Below, piece after piece: positions 49,034 through 57,669 of a stretch of 64,000 nucleotides of DNA (within the stretch, counting starts at the first letter, position 1; every line of letters starts with the position of its first letter). The notes beneath the pieces were generated by a model. That model worked only from the letters and a program-made list of their open reading frames with translations, ran no database searches and was not told the DNA's origin. The stretch spans positions 109,271 through 173,270 of the forward strand of contig CAYNBT010000001.1 of the NCBI GenBank assembly GCA_964396025.1. Reading direction: 5' to 3'. A program made the position numbers and the translations under genes. The stretch is from an uncultured Candidatus Saccharibacteria bacterium (GTDB taxonomy: Bacteria > Patescibacteriota > WWE3 > UBA101185 > UBA10185).

Positions 49034-50713
49034 TTAACAAATCCTCATATCCTTAACAATTATGTTTAATTTCTCGCGACCATTGAATACATTTTTAGAT
49101 AGTGTGTAAGCAATGTCTACTCTACTTCCCATGCTCAGGTTTGCTGCAAGGTCCTTACCATCAAAGTAGATTGCCTTTTGAGTAATTCCGTTATCATACA
49201 AACTTAAGGATAAGTGATTGTTTTCTTTACCAACAAGGTCAAAGCCTGCAACACCTACCTGCAAACAAGCAAAAAGCGGCTCGGGATTCCCTACACCATA
49301 CGGGCGTAAACTATCTACTTCAGAAAAAAAGTCGAGACTAAGTACATCTAGCGGAATACTACAATCAATCTCTAAAGAAGGCACAAACACTTCAGCCGGA
49401 TATGTTGTTGATATCAGAGTGTTAAGCGAGTTTTTTAATTGTTCAATATTTTCGGTTTTAATGGAAAATCCAGCCGCCATAGGATGCCCACCCAAACTCT
49501 CAAAAAGATGCTCAAACTTTCTAAGCGCCTCTATGATATTAATCCCACTGATAGACCTTACCGAACCCTTGCCGTGACCATCAGTTATACTTATCACAAC
49601 AGAGGGTCTGTAATACTTCTGAACCAATTTAGACGCCACCAAACCAATTATCCCTTCGTGGAAATCTTTATGGGAAGTCACAATAACACTAGGCAGATCA
49701 GCATCCTCATTGTTGTAAGCCAAATCATACATTTCCAAAGTTTTGTTTTGACGGTCTAGGTTTATGGAATTCAGCTTGTGAGCTAGCTCCAATGCCTTAG
49801 ACTCATTACTCTCTAGTAAAAGTTCTACAGCAGCAGAGGCATCTAAAAGCCTGCCAGTAGCATTCAAACGAGGCCCAACCACCCAGCCTAGCTGATATGT
49901 AGAAAGATCTCCTAACTTTGTGCCGGAAACTTCAAACAATTTACGTAATCCAAGTAGGGGATTTGTGTTTAGAATTTCCAAACCGTCTCGCACTAAGACC
50001 CTATTTATGCCAGTCAAAGGTTGCAAGTCTGTGATTGTAGCGATGCATGCTAATGACAACAGTTGGGGATCTTTGGAGCCCAATACTTTGCTCAAAACCC
50101 AAGAAATTCCGGAACCAACCATTTGATCGCACCAAACAATACAATCAGCCTGTGGGAGTTCTGAGGGCCTCTGGTGATGATCTGTAACAATTACCTGAAA
50201 TCCTTGAGATTTTAGATGTGCAACTTCAGCCACTGCGGTGATGCCAGTATCTACCGTAATCAAAAGTGCGGATTTAGCGTTGAATTTTTCGCCAAGTAGC
50301 TTCTCTACATCTGCAATAGACCCAAGTGATAAACCATACCCATGGTCAAATCGGTTTGGAATAAAATAAGCGCATTTTGTATACCCCAACTCCTTTGTTA
50401 TGGTTGAATACAAAATTGCTGTTGCACAAATGCCATCTGCATCATAATCGCCATAAATCAAAATGGGTGTATCTTGGCTAATTGCATGTTGGATCTGTTT
50501 TTTTGCAAGGGATAATGATTCCAAAAACTCCCGCGGAAGCCTTTTTAAAAGTTCTGATATGGAGGGTGGATTCAAAAACAACTCTTTATCTTCTTGAGTA
50601 TTGATATTTCTATTCTGGAGAAGAATGTCTACAATATTCTTCTCATCCGAATAACTACTGCGTATGTTCCAGTTTTTAGTCATGCCAAGATAAGTTACAT
50701 CTTTACGCCGCAC
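49034..50713 (-). CDS. recJ: Single-stranded-DNA-specific exonuclease RecJ
   Basis: DHH motifs …ILIYGDYDADGICATAIL…, …VDTGITA…, …IVTDHHQ…; DHHA1-like C-terminal region. Confidence 0.85.
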   Translation of the reverse strand: MRRKDVTYLGMTKNWNIRSSYSDEKNIVDILLQNRNINTQEDKELFLNPPSISELLKRLPREFLESLSLAKKQIQHAISQDTPILIYGDYDADGICATAILYSTITKELGYTKCAYFIPNRFDHGYGLSLGSIADVEKLLGEKFNAKSALLITVDTGITAVAEVAHLKSQGFQVIVTDHHQRPSELPQADCIVWCDQMVGSGISWVLSKVLGSKDPQLLSLACIATITDLQPLTGINRVLVRDGLEILNTNPLLGLRKLFEVSGTKLGDLSTYQLGWVVGPRLNATGRLLDASAAVELLLESNESKALELAHKLNSINLDRQNKTLEMYDLAYNNEDADLPSVIVTSHKDFHEGIIGLVASKLVQKYYRPSVVISITDGHGKGSVRSISGINIIEALRKFEHLFESLGGHPMAAGFSIKTENIEQLKNSLNTLISTTYPAEVFVPSLEIDCSIPLDVLSLDFFSEVDSLRPYGVGNPEPLFACLQVGVAGFDLVGKENNHLSLSLYDNGITQKAIYFDGKDLAANLSMGSRVDIAYTLSKNVFNGREKLNIIVKDMRIC

Positions 50714-50744
50714 TTGACAAATGCCCCATAGTTGTGTAATATTG

Positions 50745-51300
50745 AATAATCTTATTCACCTGCTGAGTTTCCCAGAGGAGGCCCCATGGCCGGAACACTA
50801 GCGGGAAAACGGCGCAAAACCTGGCATCCACGGCACGATTTTAGATTGTGCACGGGAGCCTTAGGTATTGCAGCTCTTTGCTTTTATCCTAGGTAAGGGT
50901 AAAGAGCGGCACGCAATACCTAAGGCACCCGGTTTAGCAGCGCTGCAGAGTTTGGGAGTGAGTGTATGTTAAAAACTGCATTCTAGCGGTCTGCCCGCCT
51001 TGAACAAGCCCATCACCTTCGCTTGTTCTCGCGTCACGCAAAACGTGACGACAGGGCCCAAAAACCGCTACCGACATGCGCCAGAACCCGGCGTACGGAC
51101 TCCCAAACTCATCCCTCAGAATGATCAGACTCGTATGCAGTATAAATATACGAGATCTGTATTATTTAGGGCGGAAGTAAGCAAAAAAGGAATGTGCGCA
51201 TGCACCTCCTACCTTTCCTTGCTGCCCGCTTCCGCCCTGTCGTCCTAGGTACTGAAAATCTTAGTCCACCTGACTAAAATCTTTCGGTACCTAGGGCGAT
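50745..51300. ncRNA. GC-rich, ORF-free, densely base-paired region: candidate structured ncRNA of unknown class
   Basis: Local GC is far above the window background. No credible ORF on either strand. Multiple perfect helices: 50859-50871/50913-50925 (13 bp), 50948-50959/51099-51110 (12 bp) enclosing a 3-way junction (50984-90/51064-70, 51002-09/51021-28, 51032-38/51044-50), 51168-77/51229-38 (10 bp), 51244-52/51287-95 (9 bp). Strand not resolved. Confidence 0.4.
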
Positions 51301-51772
51301 AAACATTCTTACAGCCTTAAATTTCCCTAAACAAATTCATTTACATAAATCCTATAGTATGATATGCTCTTTTGTATTCAAGGAGTAAACATTGCCAATC
51401 TTCAAAAAATTGGCCACAATTGAATATGCTAAAAAGGGTTACGCGGTGTTAATACCGGGTCTCCCTAATCACTCCTCCTTGATAGCTTGTGTGACACCCA
51501 AGCGCAAACCTTGCTCAAAGCTGGGGTTTGCCTAGAATCAAGGCTTTCCAAGAAGTAACTGGAAAGCTGCGATTCACCACGGATGTCCACCGGCTAATCG
51601 TTGTGCACTTACGTGCACGTGCCCCTAACCTTGGAGTTTTAGTTATCCGCAAGCGGCTGCAGCCTAAATGTGGAGATACGAATGACAAAGAGGCTTTATA
51701 TAAGTAGGGTGCTAAACGAAGGGGTGAAAGTTAGCAACAAAAAATGCATAACTGCCCCTTAAGAACTTTCTC
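51301..51772 (+). ncRNA. Second hairpin-rich non-coding stretch, possibly a plus-strand ncRNA ending at the 51773-51815 terminator
   Basis: No ORF of 60 aa or more on either strand. Perfect hairpins at 51504-10/51525-31, 51543-50/51560-67 and 51603-08/51613-18. Ends in a strong plus-strand intrinsic terminator, although all flanking genes are on the minus strand. Confidence 0.25.
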
Positions 51773-51815
51773 AGCCTAAAATAGATATTATCTTTTTAGG
51801 CTGTTTTCATTTTTT
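51773..51815 (+). terminator. Intrinsic terminator AGCCTAAAA-N11-TTTTTAGGCT followed by GTTTTCATTTTTTCTTT
   Basis: 9-bp stem plus a long T-tract on the plus strand. The same hairpin lies 10 nt downstream of the secF stop on the minus strand but is not followed by a U-tract there. Confidence 0.55.
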
Positions 51816-52730
51816 CTTTGATTTTTTTGTGGAAATATACTGTTCCCAATAAACCAAAATTGGTGCTGCCGTAAAAATGCTGGAGTACGTTCCAGAGACT
51901 ATACCTATTAAGAGAGCAAATACAAAATCCCTTATACTTTCCCCCCCTAACATATACATAGAAAATAGCGTGATGATAACTGTTAACGAAGTGGCCATGG
52001 ATCTACCCAACGTTTCAGTAATAGAATAATCCACAATCTCCGCAAATTTAAAACTTTTAGGAAGTTTAGAAAGGTTTTCACGAATTCTATCAAAAACAAC
52101 AATAGTATCATGGACCGAGAATCCTATTACAGTAAGCACTGCCGTTATAAATAAGGCGTTGATTTCCGTTCCATAAAAATGTCCCAAAATAGAGAATATG
52201 CCTATAATCATCAGGGCGTCGTGCAACATAGCTATAATGGCAGAGGCACCAAAACGCACACTCGAGTAAGGTTGAGGAATGTTTCTAAAGGAATAAGCTA
52301 TATATGCCACAATAGCAAAAGAAGCAACCAGAACTGCGAGGAAGGCGTTTTTTGTGGTTTCAGTGCCTACTGTTGGTCCCACTGTTTCTACACTAACCTG
52401 CTGAGTTTTTGCAAATGTGGTTTCAATGGCCTTAGAAACTTGATCTGATGCTTTTGATTCCAGCGGATTGGTTTTTAGTGTTAAAGTTCCGTCGTCCAAA
52501 GAAAACTCCTTGATTTGAACACCTTCTTGTTTTCCAAGCGTTTCCCTGAACTTAGTAATTTGGGTATCTGCGGAAGATTCAACGGTATAAACAAATACAG
52601 ACCCGCCAGTAAAATCAATAGATAAGTTTAATCCAAAAATCAAAAGAGAAATTATTCCCGGGATCAATAAAGCCAAGGACAGCGTTATAAAGTATTTTCC
52701 ATATTTAATTATTTGCATCTTGCCCTCCAT
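51807..52730 (-). CDS. secF: Protein translocase subunit SecF
   Basis: 6-TM SecF pattern …SIDFTGGSVFVY…; start trimmed to an internal Met to remove overlap with secD. Confidence 0.85.
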   Translation of the reverse strand: MEGKMQIIKYGKYFITLSLALLIPGIISLLIFGLNLSIDFTGGSVFVYTVESSADTQITKFRETLGKQEGVQIKEFSLDDGTLTLKTNPLESKASDQVSKAIETTFAKTQQVSVETVGPTVGTETTKNAFLAVLVASFAIVAYIAYSFRNIPQPYSSVRFGASAIIAMLHDALMIIGIFSILGHFYGTEINALFITAVLTVIGFSVHDTIVVFDRIRENLSKLPKSFKFAEIVDYSITETLGRSMATSLTVIITLFSMYMLGGESIRDFVFALLIGIVSGTYSSIFTAAPILVYWEQYISTKKSKKK

Positions 52731-54108
52731 CCTTATACCTTGGCACAACATTGAATGCCTGAATTAATGTTCTGGTAGCAAAAATCGAAGTAAAAAGCGA
52801 CAACATAATGCCTATGGACAAAGTAAGAGCAAATCCACGGATGATTCCATTTCCAAAGTGAAAAAGTATAAAGGCAGTAATCAATGAGGATACGTTTGAA
52901 TCCTTAATCGAGTGCCAAGCACGATCAAACCCAAACTTAATCGCCATGGTAGCGGGAACACCCCAGCGAATCTCCTCTTTAATCCTTTCAAAAATAAGTA
53001 TATTTGCATCTACGGCCATGCCCACAGACAAGATAAAACCAGCAATACCAGGTAGAGTTAAAACTACAGGCACGATTTTGAAAATTGTGATTGTAAGAGC
53101 TGTATACAAGATTAGGGCAACATTCGCAATCAGGCCCAATCTTCCGTAAAAAACTAACATAAAGAGCATAACAAAGAACATTCCAACTAGACCTGCAAAC
53201 ATGCTTTTTTCTACAGAATCCTGCCCTAGTGTTGCACCAACAGTTTTCTGTTCTAGAATCTTGACGGGTATAGGCAGAGCACCAGCCCGAATTTGTAAGC
53301 TGAGCGCGTTGGCGGACTTCACATCAAAATTCCCAGTGATAACAGGGTCCTGAAACACGCCGTCAGCCAAATCAGCACTTACCACAGGCATTGAAAGAGG
53401 CGAAGCCTCCTGATCCAAAAATAAAGCAACTGGTTTACCAACATTCTTTTTTGCTAAGTTTGCAAATTTTTTCTTACCCTCTGGGGTGAACAAAAGCTGT
53501 ATTTGAGGAGCCGAGGATCCCCCAGAACTTAAATCGCTAGAAAAAACCACTGTAGCACCACGGAGATCGGCACCTGATAAATCTGTTGATTTCCAAGCCG
53601 TAGGATTCATATAAAACTCGTAGAATTTATCTTCCGACCATTCAGAAGCATTAGTGAGCTCTTTGAATTCTAGTTGAGCAGTTTGCCCAATTAACGATAC
53701 TGCAGCCTGTGTGTCTGTAATCCCGGGAATTTCCACAATGATCCTGTATTCATCGCCTACTTTAGCCGTGTTTATAACAGGTTCCGTCACCCCAAGATAA
53801 TTCACACGACGCTCTATCACCTCTTTAGCCGACTCCAAAGCAGACTGTTGATCATCAACAGCTATTTTTGACATATCGGTGCCCAAAACAACTCTTATGC
53901 CACCTTCAAGATCTAGACCCTTTTTCAACTCCCTTAGATCTATGTTAAAACTTCCACCAAAAAACGAAGCGAAGTAACCGCCAATGGAAGTATCTATATT
54001 GAGACCGAATTTGTTGAATTTAATTGTTAGAACAGGAAGTGCTGCCAAAATGGAAATGCAGAATATTGTTGTGAGAAGGCCTAGCCTAAAATAGATGTTT
54101 TTGAACAT
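52705..54108 (-). CDS. secD: Protein translocase subunit SecD
   Basis: N-terminal TM, large periplasmic domain, C-terminal 5-TM bundle with …LPGIAGFILSVGMAVDANILIFERIKEE…. Confidence 0.85.
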   Translation of the reverse strand: MFKNIYFRLGLLTTIFCISILAALPVLTIKFNKFGLNIDTSIGGYFASFFGGSFNIDLRELKKGLDLEGGIRVVLGTDMSKIAVDDQQSALESAKEVIERRVNYLGVTEPVINTAKVGDEYRIIVEIPGITDTQAAVSLIGQTAQLEFKELTNASEWSEDKFYEFYMNPTAWKSTDLSGADLRGATVVFSSDLSSGGSSAPQIQLLFTPEGKKKFANLAKKNVGKPVALFLDQEASPLSMPVVSADLADGVFQDPVITGNFDVKSANALSLQIRAGALPIPVKILEQKTVGATLGQDSVEKSMFAGLVGMFFVMLFMLVFYGRLGLIANVALILYTALTITIFKIVPVVLTLPGIAGFILSVGMAVDANILIFERIKEEIRWGVPATMAIKFGFDRAWHSIKDSNVSSLITAFILFHFGNGIIRGFALTLSIGIMLSLFTSIFATRTLIQAFNVVPRYKDGGQDANN

Positions 54109-54116
54109 AAGGATTA

Positions 54117-54698
54117 TTATACTATTGAACAGAATTCTTCTTCATCTCCAATTAACATGGTTCTGCTCTGAATCAAAATTCTACTGATAAAGTGATCATT
54201 TTTTCTTTTTCTAAACAAGAATTCATCTTCACCCATTACGGTGTAGTGAATTTCTTTTAGAGAATCTTTTTGCTCTTCTGCAATGATACCCTCAAGTACT
54301 TCAAGTTTCAGAGTGCCTACGATGAACAGGTCTATATCCAACATCGATGAGTCTCTTCCTCGGGCGTACGCTCTGGACAACACTGCGAATTTCACGTTCC
54401 CAAGTTCTTTTGTAGCTTTAATGATTCTATAACCAAGGCCTTGCTCTTTGGCAACCATAGAAAGCAATTCAGGATAATAACTACATGCGGTGTTTATCGT
54501 AAAATAAACTCGATTACCACTGGGTCTTCGCTTTAGCAAGCCCAAGCTAGTTAGTCGAGTCAATTCTCTTCGAACAGCATTTATCTCAGTACCAACTGCT
54601 CTAACCAAAGCCCTAACATGAAAGGGCTTCGAAGGTGTAGGTAACATGACTTTAAGAAGTTTTACTCGTACTTCTGATACAAACAAATCATTTAACAT
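54117..54698 (-). CDS. Winged-HTH + minimal nucleotidyltransferase (pol-beta superfamily) fusion protein
   Basis: N-terminal …VRALVRAVGTEINAVRRELTRLTSLGLLKRR… (wHTH); central …RGRDSSMLDIDLFIVG… (NTase G[ST]…D-x-D motif). Confidence 0.5.
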   Translation of the reverse strand: MLNDLFVSEVRVKLLKVMLPTPSKPFHVRALVRAVGTEINAVRRELTRLTSLGLLKRRPSGNRVYFTINTACSYYPELLSMVAKEQGLGYRIIKATKELGNVKFAVLSRAYARGRDSSMLDIDLFIVGTLKLEVLEGIIAEEQKDSLKEIHYTVMGEDEFLFRKRKNDHFISRILIQSRTMLIGDEEEFCSIV

Positions 54699-54744
54699 TT
54701 TTTATATCCTTGGGCAGAAGGTGAACTAAAATAAACCTAAAATA

Positions 54745-55899
54745 CTATTTATAAACTACTTGGTCGACATTTCTATCGGGCACTATAGATATCCAAAACT
54801 TACCTCTATTAAACTCGACTTCTGCACCATCTTGTGTATAAAAAACAGTTCTTGAGTCTCGATCAGGCTTGGTCCAAGTTACAGGTATTACTCCCCCATC
54901 AATAAAAACTAAGCCTTCACCAGTACCGATAAGTTGATAGTCTAATCTTCCCTTTTCATCATCTGCAATATCCTCTTCTGTGGCAAACTGAACGATTAGA
55001 TTTTTCACACTCAATTGCTTTTTTGATTCCTGATCTATGTGAGGAATTCTTTGATCCTTTTCGTCGTAACCTATAAACCTAAGATAAGAATTGCTCGCAG
55101 AATCGAATTTCCACCCTGCAGTGTAATCTCCAGGATACCAAAAGTCCACAGTTATATCCGAAATCAGTTGCTCTGGCTTCACAGGCTTATCGTCTTTAAA
55201 TTTGTATGGTACTATGTCTTTTTTTCCACTCCAACCGAGTTTATCTCCCAGAGCTCGCAAATCTTTTCCGTTTGAATAAGCAGTATGCTCCGTAGCAATT
55301 CCCGCGTCTAACCTAGCTTGATCACGCCAAAAATCCGCTCCACCACGACCAAGACTTCTTACAGGCCATGATTCTATGGCTTCTAAAGCTTGTGGAGACC
55401 ACCCAATATGCATGAGCATAGCATCGCCCATTTCTTTAACTAACACTAGATAATATTCGCGAGTACTTCTAATAGGCCCTATTTTTTCTGGGGTATTCGA
55501 TAGGAAAAAAGCCAGATACCTTGTGATACCGCCTTCAGCTACGATTTCATAAACCAAATCAGCATCAATTAAGCCGGATTGCGGGCGGGCATCAACATGA
55601 TTGTTAATCATTACACCTAAAGGTCTTATGTTGGACCATTCTTGCGCAATTTCTTTTGACACTAAAATACCGGTGAGAGGAGCTGCCACCATATTTTGCG
55701 TTTTGCTACCACTACCAAAAGGCTTTCCCAAAGGATTCAACAAACTGCCAGGAGAAGAATTTGAAAGTAAGTACAGGTAAAAAACTATTCCCGCTACTAA
55801 CAACCCTATAAATACCATAACAAACGTCTTGGGAGATTTCCCGTTAGATGTTGCGGGTGAAAAACCGGTTATGAATTCTGGTTTATTTGTTATTTCCAT
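54745..55899 (-). CDS. DUF3048 (YerB-like) domain protein, membrane-anchored
   Basis: N-terminal TM; …RPLGVMINNHVDARPQSGLIDADLVYEIVAEGGITRYLAFF… matches the DUF3048 core. Confidence 0.55.
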   Translation of the reverse strand: MEITNKPEFITGFSPATSNGKSPKTFVMVFIGLLVAGIVFYLYLLSNSSPGSLLNPLGKPFGSGSKTQNMVAAPLTGILVSKEIAQEWSNIRPLGVMINNHVDARPQSGLIDADLVYEIVAEGGITRYLAFFLSNTPEKIGPIRSTREYYLVLVKEMGDAMLMHIGWSPQALEAIESWPVRSLGRGGADFWRDQARLDAGIATEHTAYSNGKDLRALGDKLGWSGKKDIVPYKFKDDKPVKPEQLISDITVDFWYPGDYTAGWKFDSASNSYLRFIGYDEKDQRIPHIDQESKKQLSVKNLIVQFATEEDIADDEKGRLDYQLIGTGEGLVFIDGGVIPVTWTKPDRDSRTVFYTQDGAEVEFNRGKFWISIVPDRNVDQVVYK

Positions 55900-55900
55900 A

Positions 55901-56368
55901 TTAAGACTTCAAAGCAACGTTTAGAACGTCACGTTCTTCTTTTGATAACTCATAATTAAGTTCTTTTCCCTCTTTAATAGGCTTGGCATATATTCTGGTA
56001 CCGGAACGTCCGTGCAGACTTGAAAGAATCACACCCGAACCCTTTTTATCCATTAACGCCAAGGAAAACGATTGATCGCCTCCTGCATCATCAAATGGGT
56101 TAAATCTTTTCAAAACGATTTTATGAACAAACCTTTGAGATTCCTCGTGTAAGCCGCTAGATAACCTCAGCACATGCTCGTACTTTGCATTCATTTGGCC
56201 AAGCGTATTCAAGACCTTTTGAGCTACCACATCCAAATCATCACCAGACTCAATTTTTAGCCCCCTTAACTTTTTCATTAAGGCTATGTACTTTAGAGTC
56301 AGAACCAAAAGCCACCCAAAAAATACAAAAACTATTATTACCAAAAATATTCCTGTCCCATTGCTCAT
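55901..56368 (-). CDS. DUF4446-like small membrane-anchored protein
   Basis: N-terminal TM; …KRFNPFDDAGGDQSFSLALMDKKGSGVILSSLHGRSGTRIYAKPI… pattern recalled from DUF4446. Confidence 0.4.
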   Translation of the reverse strand: MSNGTGIFLVIIVFVFFGWLLVLTLKYIALMKKLRGLKIESGDDLDVVAQKVLNTLGQMNAKYEHVLRLSSGLHEESQRFVHKIVLKRFNPFDDAGGDQSFSLALMDKKGSGVILSSLHGRSGTRIYAKPIKEGKELNYELSKEERDVLNVALKS

Positions 56369-56624
56369 TTAATACATATTATATGTTGAGTACATACTTT
56401 GTCTAGTTTCTTTAGAAATAAAAAATTTTGAATCAAAAAAACAAGGGTTATGTTAAGATAGGATTATGAAAGATAAAACTAGCGCAAAACATACACTCGA
56501 TATAAAAGGTATCAAGAGGGATTTGGTGTTTGTTGCGATATTTGCTATCATCACGTTCTCTGTTATCACAATGTTTAAATTGACAGGAACGAACGCTCAA
56601 ACCTTTGCCTCAGTAGTAGGAAAG

Positions 56625-57632
56625 CTAGGAAAGCTTCTTTAGAGCAGCCTCAATAAACTCATCCAAGTTACCATCTAACACAGATTCAGGATTAGTGCTT
56701 TCTACTCCGGTTCGAACATCCTTAACAAGCTTATATGGATGCAATACATAGTTCCGAATCTGCGCACCCCAGCTTGGAGCCTTGTAAACACCCTTCAGTT
56801 TTAACTTTTCTTGCTCCAAACGCTCAAATTCAATTTGGTAGAGCTTTGATTTTAGTATTTTCAGGGCCTTTTCCTTGTTTTTTCCTTGATAGCGTTCTTC
56901 TTGACACTCAACGACGATACCAGATGGTATGTGTTTTATACGAACAGCTGTCGAAACCTTGTTAACATTCTGCCCCCCATGTCCACCTGCTCTAAAGGCC
57001 TCAAATTCTATGTCATCATCTTTTACTTCAATATCGATATCATCTTCTATTTCCGGGATCGCCTCTACCATGGCAAAAGACGTCTGACGTAAATTGTCTG
57101 AATTAAAAGGAGAAAGTCTCACCAGCCTGTGAGTGCCAATTTCATTTTTTAGGTAACCATAAGCATAAGGGCCTATAATTTCTAACGATATTGATTTTAA
57201 ACCAGCCTCATCACCTTGATGTTTAGAAAGCTCATAGACCTTCCATCCACGATTTTCAGCATAGCGTGTGTACATTCGGGACAAAATTTCTGTCCAATCC
57301 ATAGCTTCTGTACCACCTTGGCCAGCATGAATTGAAAAGATAACGTTATTTTTGTCATGAGGGCCAGAAAGAAACAGCTTAAGCTCAATCTTGCTTAGCT
57401 CTCGTGTAAGCTCTTCTTCATTACCTTCTTCTAAAAGAAGATTTAGAAAATTGTAATCCTCAATTTCTTTTTGTAACGTTGAAAGCTCTTGTGAAAGTTT
57501 CTGTCCTTTTTCCCAATCTTGCCATACAGAATCGTCTTGCATCAACTGATTGATTTCTTCTACGCGTGCCGCTTTAGCAGGAATGTTTAGTTTTATGTTG
57601 ATATCAGCTATCTTTTGCCTTAACTCATCCAT
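56625..57632 (-). CDS. prfB: Peptide chain release factor 2 (no programmed +1 frameshift)
   Basis: SPF motif (RLSPFNSD), GGQ ([14 protein letters not shown]). Start set at [16 protein letters not shown] by alignment to RF2 N-termini; the listed ORF start is a TTG in an N-terminal extension. Confidence 0.85.
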   Translation of the reverse strand: MDELRQKIADINIKLNIPAKAARVEEINQLMQDDSVWQDWEKGQKLSQELSTLQKEIEDYNFLNLLLEEGNEEELTRELSKIELKLFLSGPHDKNNVIFSIHAGQGGTEAMDWTEILSRMYTRYAENRGWKVYELSKHQGDEAGLKSISLEIIGPYAYGYLKNEIGTHRLVRLSPFNSDNLRQTSFAMVEAIPEIEDDIDIEVKDDDIEFEAFRAGGHGGQNVNKVSTAVRIKHIPSGIVVECQEERYQGKNKEKALKILKSKLYQIEFERLEQEKLKLKGVYKAPSWGAQIRNYVLHPYKLVKDVRTGVESTNPESVLDGNLDEFIEAALKKLS

Positions 57633-57669
57633 AAAACTGAGTATAGCACTACGCAAGCTGACTCCAAAA

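Noticed and set aside
50760-51110. RNase P RNA (rnpB) on the plus strand, based on the CR-V-like CCAGAACCCGGCGUA and a GGUAAGGGU…AAGAGCG stretch
   Set aside because: No convincing CR-I/P4 5' strand (GGAAAGUCCGGGC-like) is present at the expected position on either strand. The long perfect helices do not map onto the P1-P18 scheme. Kept only as a hypothesis to test with cmscan.
51000-51248. 82-aa ORF inside the GC-rich element
   Set aside because: Arg/Pro/Ala-rich composition typical of random frames in GC-rich DNA. It is interrupted by the strong helices, with no RBS or motif.
51460-51480. Sequence aatcactcctcctt resembling the 16S rRNA 3' end (GATCACCTCCTT)
   Set aside because: No other 16S-conserved blocks (e.g. 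GTGCCAGCAGCCGCGGTAA) anywhere in the region, so this is not an rRNA gene.
51640-51670. tmRNA tag-like reading frame …Y P Q A A A A stop (tat ccg caa gcg gct gca gcc taa)
   Set aside because: No tRNA-like acceptor/T-arm (GGUUCGAnUCC…CCA) nearby and no GGGG 5' start; the tag would be atypical. Likely chance.
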